A stretch of DNA of 33,149 bases, from NCBI GenBank assembly GCA_017456965.1, contig JAFTIJ010000093.1:1-33149 (forward strand). The letters run 5' to 3'. This DNA comes from Clostridia bacterium. Lineage in GTDB: Bacteria > Bacillota > Clostridia > Oscillospirales > CAG-272. The notes below the pieces were generated by a model. That model saw only the letters and a list, made by a program, of their open reading frames with translations. It searched no databases and was not told where the DNA came from. Positions within the stretch are counted from its first letter, which is position 1, and each line of letters starts with the position of its first letter. The translations under genes and the position numbers were made by a program. Shown here in pieces: positions 24,580-33,149 of the stretch.

Positions 24580-26064
24580 ATGAAGCAGTATATTCTTGCC
24601 CTCGATGAGGGTACGACAAGCGCACGCGCGATCTTATTTGACAGGGAAGGCAGAATCGTCGCCAAGGCGCAGAAGGAATTCACACAGTATTATCCCGCAC
24701 AGGGCTACGTAGAGCACGACGCCACGGAGATCTACGCCTCGCAGTATGCAACCATGACGGAGGCGGTGATCACGGCGGGTATCTCCCCCGAGGAGATCGC
24801 CGCCGTTGGCATCACCAACCAGCGCGAGACCACCGTCGTATGGAACAAAACGACGGGCAAGCCGATCTGCCGCGCCATTGTATGGCAATGCCGCCGCACG
24901 GCATCGCTCTGCGAGGAGCTGCGCGCGGGCGGTCACGCCGACACGATCCGCAGGATCTGCGGTCTGCCCATCGACGCCTACTTCTCGGGCACGAAGCTTG
25001 CGTGGATCCTCGACCACGTGGAGGGCGCAAGAGAGATGGCGGAGGCAGGCGAGCTTCTTTTCGGCACGATCGACACGTGGCTGATCTGGAAGCTGACGGA
25101 CGGCAAGGTACACGCCACCGACCTCACCAACGCCTCGCGCACGATGCTCTTCAATATCCATACGCTTGATTGGGACGACACCATGCTCACTCTTTTGAGG
25201 ATACCGCGCTCCATGCTCCCCGAGGTCAAATACAGCGCCGACGACTACGGCACGCTGAATCTGCTCGGGCATGAGATCCCGATCCGAGGTGTCGCAGGTG
25301 ACCAGCAGGCGGCGCTCTTCGGGCAGACCTGCTTTGAAAAGGGCGACGCGAAAAACACCTACGGCACGGGATGCTTTCTCCTGATGAATACGGGCGAGAC
25401 CCCCTACGTTGACGAGACGCTCGTCACCACGCTTGCCGCAACGGAAAAGGGGCACGCCGTACAGTACGCCCTTGAGGGAAGCGTATTCGTCGGCGGTGCC
25501 GTGATCGGATGGCTGAGAGACGAGCTCGGTCTGATCCGTGACGCCGCAGACTCCGCCTATTTTGCGGAGAAGCTTACCGACAACGGCGGCGTCTACGTCG
25601 TACCCGCCTTCACGGGTCTCGGCGCACCCTATTGGGATATGTACGCGCGCGGTGCGATCCTCGGGCTCACCAGAGGTAGCGGCCGAAATCATATCATCCG
25701 CGCGGCACTGGAGTCCATCGCCTATCAGACCGAGGATATCCTCTCCGTGATGAAAACAGCCTCCGAGACGCCCATCACGTCCCTACGCGTGGACGGCGGC
25801 GCCTCCAGAAACCGATTCCTGATGCAATTCCAGGCCGATATCTCCGACACGACCGTCAAACGCGCCACGCAAACGGAGGCGACGGCGCTCGGCGCCGCCT
25901 ACCTCGCGGGGCTCTCCGTCGGTCTCTGGCAGAGCCGTGACGAGCTCCGCTCGTCGCAGGACGGCGCTACCTTCGCACCCACCATGAGCGCCGACGAGAG
26001 AGCGCTCTTGCTTGACGGCTGGCACCGCGCCGTCGAACGGGCATCGGCATGGGAAATGAAATGA
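24580..26064 (+). CDS. glpK: Glycerol kinase
   Basis: [57 protein letters not shown] and LRVDGG. Confidence 0.97.
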   Translation: MKQYILALDEGTTSARAILFDREGRIVAKAQKEFTQYYPAQGYVEHDATEIYASQYATMTEAVITAGISPEEIAAVGITNQRETTVVWNKTTGKPICRAIVWQCRRTASLCEELRAGGHADTIRRICGLPIDAYFSGTKLAWILDHVEGAREMAEAGELLFGTIDTWLIWKLTDGKVHATDLTNASRTMLFNIHTLDWDDTMLTLLRIPRSMLPEVKYSADDYGTLNLLGHEIPIRGVAGDQQAALFGQTCFEKGDAKNTYGTGCFLLMNTGETPYVDETLVTTLAATEKGHAVQYALEGSVFVGGAVIGWLRDELGLIRDAADSAYFAEKLTDNGGVYVVPAFTGLGAPYWDMYARGAILGLTRGSGRNHIIRAALESIAYQTEDILSVMKTASETPITSLRVDGGASRNRFLMQFQADISDTTVKRATQTEATALGAAYLAGLSVGLWQSRDELRSSQDGATFAPTMSADERALLLDGWHRAVERASAWEMK

Positions 26065-26077
26065 AAGGAGACCACCT

Positions 26078-27025
26078 ATGCAGATCATAAAAAAAGAAGT
26101 CATCTCCAACGACGGCGAGCACACCCTGCGCGGCGTGCTGTACCTGCCGAGCGGTAAGATCCGAGGCGCGCTGCAGATCGCGCACGGCATGAAGGAGCAT
26201 ATCGGCAGATATCATCACTTCATGCTCACCGTTGCCGACGCGGGCTTTGCCGTCTTCGGTCACGATCACCTCGGGCACGGTATGACGATCGAATCCGACG
26301 ACGACGTCGGCTTCTTCGCAGAGGAGGACGGCTGGCGTACCGTATCGCACGACATCTACACCTTCGCAAGAGAGATCATGTCCTCGCTCCCCGCAAAGAC
26401 CCCGCTGATCCTCCTCGGACACAGCATGGGCTCCTTCCTCGCCCGCGCGGCGGTCGTTATGCACCCCGATTACTACGACGCACTCGTCATTATGGGTACG
26501 GGCGGTCCCAATCCCGCCTCCTCGGCAGGGCTGATGCTCACGAGCGCCCTCATCAAAAAATACGGCGAGCACTACATCTCGGATCTTGCAAGCAATCTGA
26601 TCTTCTCGGGCTATAACAAGCGCACGGGCAGTGACAAGGAGTACGCGTGGCTCACGCACGACGAGGAGATGCTCGCGCGTCACGACAGCGATCCGCTCTG
26701 CCTCTTCCCCTTCACGGTATCCGCCATCCACGACCTGATCGCCGTACAGAAGGCGGTCAACAAGGAGGAGTGGTTCCGCCTGATCGACCACAAGCTCCCC
26801 ATCCTGATCGTATCGGGCGAGCAGGACCCCGTAGGCGCCTACGGCAAGGGCGTCAAGGCGGTATACGAGGGTCTGCGCCGTCACGGCTCGATCCACGTCG
26901 CCATGAAGCTTTACGCCAATATGCGTCACGAGATCTTAAACGAGGTCGGCCGTGAGATCGTATATCTGGATATCACGGAATTTCTCAACATGGTTGCCGA
27001 CGGATTTTTCCGCGAAGAAAAATAA
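26078..27025 (+). CDS. Alpha/beta hydrolase, lysophospholipase/monoacylglycerol-lipase type
   Basis: HGMKEH..RY, DHLGHG, GHSMG nucleophile elbow, SGEQDPVG and RHEILNE. Confidence 0.9.
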   Translation: MQIIKKEVISNDGEHTLRGVLYLPSGKIRGALQIAHGMKEHIGRYHHFMLTVADAGFAVFGHDHLGHGMTIESDDDVGFFAEEDGWRTVSHDIYTFAREIMSSLPAKTPLILLGHSMGSFLARAAVVMHPDYYDALVIMGTGGPNPASSAGLMLTSALIKKYGEHYISDLASNLIFSGYNKRTGSDKEYAWLTHDEEMLARHDSDPLCLFPFTVSAIHDLIAVQKAVNKEEWFRLIDHKLPILIVSGEQDPVGAYGKGVKAVYEGLRRHGSIHVAMKLYANMRHEILNEVGREIVYLDITEFLNMVADGFFREEK

Positions 27026-27108
27026 TTCCTTAAAAATTTTGATTTTTTTGTCCCCTTTTGCTTTTCTGATTCGTTATACATATAAGAAATATCAGGAGAT
27101 TACGATTT

Positions 27109-28092
27109 ATGAACAGTTATAAAATCATCACCGACTTTTGCTCCGACCTGACTCCCGAGCTTGCGGAAAAACTCGACGTTGAAGTGATCCCCATGGAGGT
27201 CGTTCTCGAAGGCGAGGAGCCTCGTCCCGGAAACGAGATCGACGTCTCCGAGTTTTACGCAAAGCTGCGCGCCAAGAAAAGCGCACAGACCTCCGCCGCC
27301 AATCTCGACGCATTTTTAAATACGTTTGAAAAATATCTCGCCGCAGGCGAGGACATCGTCTATATCGGTATCTCCGCAGGCCTCAGCTGCACCTTCGCCT
27401 CCGCGAAGCTTGCCGCACAGGAGCTGTGCGAAAAGTACCGCGGCAGAAAGATCTATCTCATCAACTCCCGAAGCGGCTCGATCGGTGAGGGTCTCGCCGT
27501 TTATCTCGCAGTCGAAAAGAAGCGGGAGGGCTGCACCGCGCAGGAGACCTACGCGTATCTCAAGGATATCTGTCGACGCCTGCACTCCGAGTTCACGCTC
27601 AACGACCTCTTCTTCTTAAAGCGCGGCGGCAGACTCAGCACGGCGACCGCCGTCATCGGCTCCATGCTCGCACTCAAGCCCCTCATCGGTGTAAACGAAA
27701 AGGATAAGCTGGAAGTCCTCGGCAAAGCAAGAGGACGCAAAAACGCACTGCTCTCTCTCGTAGCCTCCCTTGAAAAATATGTGGACGACCCCACGGACAG
27801 CACCATTGCCATCGGTCACAGCGACTGTCTGGAGGACGCCATCAACCTCGAAATGATGATCCGCGCCAAATGGGACGTCAAGGAGATCCTCGTCGCCGAC
27901 ATCGGTCCCGCCATGGGCGCGCACTGCGGTCCCGACACCGTAGCGATCTTCTTTGTAAAATCCAAGCGTGACGACCTGCCCGAGGAAACCCCCTCCGAGG
28001 AGATCATCTTCGATAGCCCCGAGCTCGAACTCGACACGGACGACACCGTAAATACCGAGGAACCCGCGTCCACGGACACTACAGAAATCTAA
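27109..28092 (+). CDS. fakB: DegV-family fatty-acid-binding protein (FakB) with acidic C-terminal tail
   Basis: IITD..DL, TSA, ISAGLSCT, LKRGGRLS, LKPLI, ARG and AHCGP. Confidence 0.92.
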   Translation: MNSYKIITDFCSDLTPELAEKLDVEVIPMEVVLEGEEPRPGNEIDVSEFYAKLRAKKSAQTSAANLDAFLNTFEKYLAAGEDIVYIGISAGLSCTFASAKLAAQELCEKYRGRKIYLINSRSGSIGEGLAVYLAVEKKREGCTAQETYAYLKDICRRLHSEFTLNDLFFLKRGGRLSTATAVIGSMLALKPLIGVNEKDKLEVLGKARGRKNALLSLVASLEKYVDDPTDSTIAIGHSDCLEDAINLEMMIRAKWDVKEILVADIGPAMGAHCGPDTVAIFFVKSKRDDLPEETPSEEIIFDSPELELDTDDTVNTEEPASTDTTEI

Positions 28093-28133
28093 CGCACATT
28101 CATTGAACTTATTTTGAAAGGATTCTCGTTGTT

Positions 28134-29777
28134 ATGACAGAAATTGCGAATCTCGGCGGAAAAGCCCTCCATGAAGTGCTGATCTCCGCGGCCAACAGCC
28201 TTGAAAACAATAAAACAAAAATCAACGATCTGAACGTGTTCCCTGTTCCCGACGGCGACACGGGCACCAATATGGGTCTCACCATCGGCGCAGTCCGCGA
28301 GGTCAAGCTTGCAGACGAGACCGTTTCCGACTGCGCGTCGAAGGCGGCAAGCGCCATCCTCCGCTCCGCAAGAGGCAACTCCGGTGCGATCCTCGCGCTC
28401 TTCTTCCGTGGCTTCTCCAAGGCCGTCAAGGGCATGGAGACCGCTGACGTCGACGCGCTCGTCAACGCCTTCGCACTGGGCAAGGAGGAGGCTTACAAGG
28501 CAGTTATGAATCCTGCCGAGGGCACGATCCTCACCGTTATCCGCAGATGTGCGGAGGACGCTCCCGCCCACAAAGACGAATGTGGCGGCGACCTTGTCAA
28601 ATTCTTTACCAAGATCCTGAGTACTGCGGAAAAGACGCTGGAGCAGACCCCCGAGATGCTCCCCATCCTCAAGGAGGCACACGTCGTCGACGCAGGCGGC
28701 GCGGGCTTTGTCATGATCCTGCGCGGCATCCTCGCGGCACTTCGCGGTACGCCCGTCGAGTCTGCGGAGCAGACCGAGGTCATCGAGGAAAAGGCGGAAT
28801 TCTCCGACTTCGACACCGAGGATATCAAGTTCAGCTACTGCACCGAGTTCATCGTTGAAAAGAGCGAGAAATATCTCGGTGAGGACACGGCGTCCGCTCT
28901 CTATGAGAGAATCGCCGATATCGGCGACAGCATCGTATTCGTTGACGCCGAGGACATCGTCAAGGTCCACATCCATACCAATCACCCCGGCGCGGTTCTC
29001 GAAGCCGCTCTGCTCTTCGGTATGTTTGCCATGGTCAAGATCGAGAATATGAAGAAGCAGCACTCCTCTCTCACCACCGAGACCAAGGAGGAGGAGCCCG
29101 AGGTCAAGATCGCCGAGCCCACCAAAAGGTACGGCTTTGTTTCCGTCTGCATGGGCGACGGCATCCGCGATATGTTCCGCGACTTTAACGTTGACGAGAT
29201 CGTATTCGGCGGTCAGACCATGAACCCCAGCATGCAGGATATCCTGGACGCTGTCAACAAAACCCCCGCAGAGACCGTCTACGTTCTGCCGAATAACAAG
29301 AACATCGACATGGTTGCCATGCAGGCAGCCGAGGTCTCCACTGAAAAGAATGTCATCGTCATTCACACGAAGAGCGTACCCGAAGGGATCTCCGCGCTTC
29401 TGAGTTTCGACGAAAATGTTACTCCCGACGAAAATACTGAGGCAATGTCTGAGGCCATCAGTCTCGTCAAATCCCTCTCCGTCACCCACGCGGTAAGAGA
29501 TGCCTGCATTGATGGCATCGCCGTCCGCTCCGGTCAGGCGATGGGTATGCTCGGCGGCAAGATCCGTACGGTAGGCAATACCTCCGAGGAAGCTGTCCGC
29601 AAGATGCTCCCCATCATGAAGGATGCATCCTACATTACCATCTTCTACGGCGAAGAGGTATCCGAGTGGGAAGCAGGAAAAGTGGAGAACATGATCACCG
29701 AAGCCGCGACTGACGCCGAAGTGGTTCTCGCCCGCGGCGGTCAGCCTCTCTACGATTACATCATTTCCGTAGAATGA
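28134..29777 (+). CDS. fakA: DAK2-domain fatty acid kinase subunit A
   Basis: INDLNVFPVPDGDTGTNM, ARGNSG, EGTILTV, YCTEF, KVHIHTNHPG, GGQTMNPS and GGQPLY.YIISVE. Confidence 0.96.
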   Translation: MTEIANLGGKALHEVLISAANSLENNKTKINDLNVFPVPDGDTGTNMGLTIGAVREVKLADETVSDCASKAASAILRSARGNSGAILALFFRGFSKAVKGMETADVDALVNAFALGKEEAYKAVMNPAEGTILTVIRRCAEDAPAHKDECGGDLVKFFTKILSTAEKTLEQTPEMLPILKEAHVVDAGGAGFVMILRGILAALRGTPVESAEQTEVIEEKAEFSDFDTEDIKFSYCTEFIVEKSEKYLGEDTASALYERIADIGDSIVFVDAEDIVKVHIHTNHPGAVLEAALLFGMFAMVKIENMKKQHSSLTTETKEEEPEVKIAEPTKRYGFVSVCMGDGIRDMFRDFNVDEIVFGGQTMNPSMQDILDAVNKTPAETVYVLPNNKNIDMVAMQAAEVSTEKNVIVIHTKSVPEGISALLSFDENVTPDENTEAMSEAISLVKSLSVTHAVRDACIDGIAVRSGQAMGMLGGKIRTVGNTSEEAVRKMLPIMKDASYITIFYGEEVSEWEAGKVENMITEAATDAEVVLARGGQPLYDYIISVE

Positions 29778-29800
29778 CGACATAATCTCCCCATAATATG

Positions 29801-29844
29801 AAAATATCGCACGGGTTTCCTCCTTTCCCGTGCGATATTTTTTT
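29801..29844 (+). terminator. Intrinsic terminator of fakA
   Basis: IR aaaatatcgcacggg/cccgtgcgatatttt followed by a T-run. Confidence 0.85.
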
Positions 29845-29905
29845 GCTTTCATTTACTCCTGTTATCAAAACTCACCGTCAAAGCCCACGTTCTCACCCCG
29901 CGCCA

Positions 29906-29958
29906 TCATCCTCGAACGAAGCGCAAGCGAAGTGAAGGCACTGCGTTCGAGGATGACA
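29906..29958. repeat. Palindromic repeat family B (collapsed doublet)
   Basis: 13-bp perfect IR tcatcctcgaacg/cgttcgaggatga around aagcgcaagcgaagtgaaggcactg; the right arm recurs at 216-230. Confidence 0.6.
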
Positions 29959-30008
29959 AGCGCAGAGCGTGTGCGGCGGTAGAAGGCTTACGGGCATTTC
30001 CGCCGCGC

Positions 30009-30929
30009 TCAAACGTCCCCAAGATATTTTGCCGCCGCTCGCGCGAGCTTCGGACGATAACGGTCGCCGTACAGGATCACGTGACCGATCCACTGATTGA
30101 TCTCCCAGAGATCTGCCCGCTCCTCAAAGCCGTCCTCTATGGGCAGTACCTCCCGATACGCGTCAAAGAAATAATCGGGGACGGGACAGAAAAAGTCCAC
30201 CGTCGTGAGGTCGATCTCCCGATTGCCGTAATACAGACTGCAGTCGATCAGCACGAGCTCCCGCCCGTCATACAGCAAATTCCCCACCCACGGGTCACCG
30301 TGCAGAAGCGAGAAGGTCTTTGGCTCGGGGCAGACCTCGGGCAAGCGCGCGATCAGCCTCTCGATCAGATCGCAATCCTTCTCCGTCAGCTTTCCCCATG
30401 AGAGCCCGATCTTCATCGTATCGCGCAGACGGCACTCACCGTAGAACGCACGCCATGTCTGCCGCCTGCTGTTATCCTGACGGAATATCCCCAGATATGT
30501 GGAAAAGTCAAAGCCGCAGGCATCGCTCGTCACGCCGTGAAGCGCGGCAAGCCCCTGCCCCATCCTCGCCCAGTCCTCCTTGGACGTGGGCTTTTTTGCA
30601 TCTATGACCTCCAGGATCAGAAGCGCCGTCTCCTGCTCGTATAAGACACCGATCACACGGGGCGACCTCACGGGAGAGTGCACGCGGATATAGTCGAGTC
30701 CCCTCGCCTCCGCGCGGAACTGCTCCTCGGAAAAGGGATTCGTTCCCGCCTTCACAAATACGCAAAACGGCGTCTGCAAAAGCCCCAGCGTCCCCTCGTA
30801 GAACGCCGCCTCGTGCATTGCGCTCTCCGTATTTTTTCGGATATTCGTCACCGTAAAGCGCTCACCCGTATACGCCGTGACCGCGCGCGCCACCGCCGCG
30901 TCAAAACGCCCTCTCGTCAAAACCTCCAT
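30009..30929 (-). CDS. Fructosamine kinase family protein
   Basis: FVK, F.AEA.GL, G.GLAALH, GFD..TY.G...Q.N, SLLHGDPW.GN and Y.GNREIDL. RBS AAGGAG. Confidence 0.9.
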   Translation of the reverse strand: MEVLTRGRFDAAVARAVTAYTGERFTVTNIRKNTESAMHEAAFYEGTLGLLQTPFCVFVKAGTNPFSEEQFRAEARGLDYIRVHSPVRSPRVIGVLYEQETALLILEVIDAKKPTSKEDWARMGQGLAALHGVTSDACGFDFSTYLGIFRQDNSRRQTWRAFYGECRLRDTMKIGLSWGKLTEKDCDLIERLIARLPEVCPEPKTFSLLHGDPWVGNLLYDGRELVLIDCSLYYGNREIDLTTVDFFCPVPDYFFDAYREVLPIEDGFEERADLWEINQWIGHVILYGDRYRPKLARAAAKYLGDV

Positions 30930-30960
30930 ACCGTCTCTCCTTTGATGCTTTTTTACATAC

Positions 30961-30989
30961 AGTATAGCCTCTCCGCGGCAAAAAGTCAA
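30961..30989 (-). promoter_or_regulatory. Sigma-A promoter of the fructosamine kinase gene
   Basis: TTGACT-17 bp-TATACT. Confidence 0.75.
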
Positions 30990-31049
30990 GACAGTACCCA
31001 TCGAGTGCAGGGCAACACTTGCTTTTGTTATCGCGTCTTCATAAAACGA

Positions 31050-32357
31050 TCACCCAACGCGTGTGGTCTCTGCGGCGGGCATCACGTACACGCGCTCGGT
31101 CGTTTCCTCCACGGTGCCGCCCGGCACGATCGGGCGTACGGCATCCGAGGTGCTCGGCACCGTCTCGGTGGGGCGGTGCGGCGGCTTTGCCGTCGAGGTC
31201 TCAGTGGGGCGGTACGGTGCGGCGGCGGTCGTCTCGGGGCGCTCCGTCTCCGTCCCAAGCTCGGGGCTACCGACGGGCTCGGTCTCGGGCGGCTCCTCAA
31301 AAAACGGCGCATCCGCGTCGTAGATCACGATCTGTCCATCCTCCCCCGCCACGCGGGTCGCCGCCTCGATGATGCTCTGTGCCGACGCCTCCCCGATCTC
31401 AAAGAAGCGCAGGGCGCCGCCAATATTCGTCATGAGATATCCATCCCTAAAAACGCGAATGCCCTGTGAGGGGAAACGGATCAGTCTGCCGTGAGAGGCA
31501 TTGATGCCGATACCCTCCAAGCTCTCACAGCGCTGTGCAAACGCCTCGTAAGTGAGGCTCGGGCCGTCAGCCTGAAGAATGCGGTATTTCACTGTATCGG
31601 TAACGGGATGCATCTGCTGCAAAGTCTCGCTCTTATCCGCATAAGAGTAGTTTACTATGATTCCACCCCCGACATAGAGCTGCTCCTCCAGAGAATACGC
31701 CTCTCTAAACGCGGCAAAGCTCTCAAACCTCACATCGGGATTGATATAGAGAACGTAGCTTCCCTTCCCGTCGCCGTACTCCACACACACGGCACACGCA
31801 GGATCGACGTCCTTGATCGCATACAGGGATGCATCCACGGTATTTCCCTCCTCATCTGCCATAGAAACGTCGGAAATAAAATCTCCGACGTGTGTGAGCG
31901 ACACACCGACGCCTTGCAGACGAACGTAAGTCTCGTAGCAGCCTGTCGCGTAGGGATACAGACTGTAATGCGTGAGCTTCACGTCCGTATCCGTCGACGT
32001 CCCGTACGGATAATATATCTCCTGATGTGTGCGGCCGTCATTGCTCGCGGCATTGCCTGCCCCCGAGGAGGTCGTCGTGGCCGATATCGCATCCGATCTC
32101 AGCACAAAGAGCCCACACGCCTTATCCCAGACGTAAAGCTCCTGCTCCGGGGCAAACGTCGGCGGCAGAACGGGATCGCTCCCACCGAAATCGCCAAACG
32201 CCATCGTCACGATACCGACAGCCAGCGCGAGGCTTGCCGCGATCGCCATGACGCGCTTTGCAAGGCGCGGGCGGAAGCAAGCGGTCTCCGCCTCCTCCAG
32301 AAAGCGCTCGTCGAGCGCATCCATCATTTCCAATGCTTTTTTATTCTTCTTCAACAT
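31050..32357 (-). CDS. Single-pass membrane protein, probable anti-sigma factor
   Basis: N-terminal MDALDERFLEEA, one TM (IAASLALAVGIV), a large external domain and a P/T/E-rich tail. Overlaps the ECF sigma stop; RBS AGGAGG. Confidence 0.7.
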   Translation of the reverse strand: MLKKNKKALEMMDALDERFLEEAETACFRPRLAKRVMAIAASLALAVGIVTMAFGDFGGSDPVLPPTFAPEQELYVWDKACGLFVLRSDAISATTTSSGAGNAASNDGRTHQEIYYPYGTSTDTDVKLTHYSLYPYATGCYETYVRLQGVGVSLTHVGDFISDVSMADEEGNTVDASLYAIKDVDPACAVCVEYGDGKGSYVLYINPDVRFESFAAFREAYSLEEQLYVGGGIIVNYSYADKSETLQQMHPVTDTVKYRILQADGPSLTYEAFAQRCESLEGIGINASHGRLIRFPSQGIRVFRDGYLMTNIGGALRFFEIGEASAQSIIEAATRVAGEDGQIVIYDADAPFFEEPPETEPVGSPELGTETERPETTAAAPYRPTETSTAKPPHRPTETVPSTSDAVRPIVPGGTVEETTERVYVMPAAETTRVG

Positions 32358-32913
32358 AAGCTCCTCCTAATCCTTCTGCTCTCAGATAAGCGGCAAGTCT
32401 TTTGCGCATACGGAACAGCGCAGAGCGCACCGCGCCCTCCTGCATATGCACGCGCCCTGCGATCTCCGCCATCGAGTCGCAGTAGAAATACCGCCTCACG
32501 AAGATCACGCGCGTGCGCGTCCGCTCCCGTGCCAAAAAGCGATTGATCGCGCGCATCAGCGTGCCGTCCTCAAAGCGCTCCTCGGGGATACCGTCGGCGA
32601 GGACCTCAGAGAGCTCCTCCAGCGCAAGGTCTGCGCTCCCATTCCGACACGCCGCCGTATTGTAATCAAAACGATTCATGGCAATATTGCGCGCCACTCT
32701 GCCAATAAAGGCACGGAGCGACTGCGGTTGCTCGGGCGGGATGCGGTTCCACACCGCAAGATAGGTGTCGTTGACACACTCCTTGGCATCCTCGTCGTTG
32801 CCGAGGATATTTTTTGCGATGCGAAAGCAAAGCGCACCGTATTTTTCCTGTGTTTTTCCGATTGCCTCTTCCGCGCGGTCAAAATACAATCGGATCATGT
32901 CCTTGTCATCCAT
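32341..32913 (-). CDS. ECF-type RNA polymerase sigma-70 factor
   Basis: DAKECVNDTYL.VWN.IPP (region 2), RNIA, and IFVRRYFY..S..EIA...VRS.L.R.RKRL (region 4). Confidence 0.95.
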   Translation of the reverse strand: MDDKDMIRLYFDRAEEAIGKTQEKYGALCFRIAKNILGNDEDAKECVNDTYLAVWNRIPPEQPQSLRAFIGRVARNIAMNRFDYNTAACRNGSADLALEELSEVLADGIPEERFEDGTLMRAINRFLARERTRTRVIFVRRYFYCDSMAEIAGRVHMQEGAVRSALFRMRKRLAAYLRAEGLGGAYVEEE

Positions 32914-32957
32914 CGCCGTTTCCTTTCTCTTGATTTAAAAGATCTTTCACCCTTACA

Positions 32958-32984
32958 GTAGGATTTCAGCGGAGGTTTGTTTCA
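32958..32984 (-). promoter_or_regulatory. Possible ECF-type autoregulatory promoter
   Basis: TGAAAC-16 bp-CCTAC(TG); an AAC-containing -35 is typical of ECF promoters. Confidence 0.45.
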
Positions 32985-33037
32985 ATCTTTCCAAAAAATA
33001 TTGCTCTTATATAAAAAAGTGGCTAACGCCACATCAA

Positions 33038-33149
33038 CACCCCTGCCCCTCAATCATGAGGGGTTGAGGGTGCTTTTCTTTTGTGATATAATTGTAATAT
33101 GACGATCATACAACAAATTTTTCAAGACCATTTTTACGATTTAGCAGCA
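33038..33149 (+). mobile_element. Probable left end of an IS91-like element: hairpin, promoter and partial ORF 33099->33149
   Basis: Hairpin caccc..cccctca-atca-tgagggg..gggtg; TTGAGG-17-TATAAT. An ATG 6 nt later opens MTIIQQIFQDHFYDLAA, which runs off the window and resembles, from memory, the M.ILQ.IF.DH start of clostridial IS91-family transposases. Confidence 0.5.

Noticed and set aside
1-33149. Prophage, anti-phage defence island, rRNA/tRNA genes
   Set aside because: No integrase, phage structural, restriction-modification, toxin-antitoxin or RT motifs and no rRNA/tRNA signatures were seen; gene content is housekeeping and sporulation.

Overview
A GC-rich chromosomal segment from a spore-forming Clostridia-class Firmicute (Oscillospirales/Eubacteriales-like, inferred from gene content and style). 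It is mostly core genes. On the minus strand: panT-like ECF S component, coaX, topA, dprA, TrmH-family methylase, infC-rpmI-rplT with an L20 leader and an ATC start on infC, RluA/C-family synthase, mtaB, dacF, a His15-less HPr-like protein, a TspO-like protein, spoVFA/B, an ABC-DUF1854-ABC operon with Zn-ribbon N-terminal extensions, and a BspA-type LRR lipoprotein. On the plus strand: ytvI, an M50 peptidase, a cyclophilin, and a glpK-lipase-fakB-fakA cluster. The right end carries a fructosamine kinase, an ECF sigma/anti-sigma pair and the probable start of an IS91-like transposase. The most striking non-coding signal is a 95-bp, indel-free structured repeat in 5 same-strand copies at 3 loci (two as tandem pairs). 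It has fixed-length variable slots, ends in its own terminator, and each locus begins just after the U-tract of an upstream hairpin. Several other REP/MITE-like palindrome families occur, some nested. All calls come from reading the sequence by eye; no database search was run.
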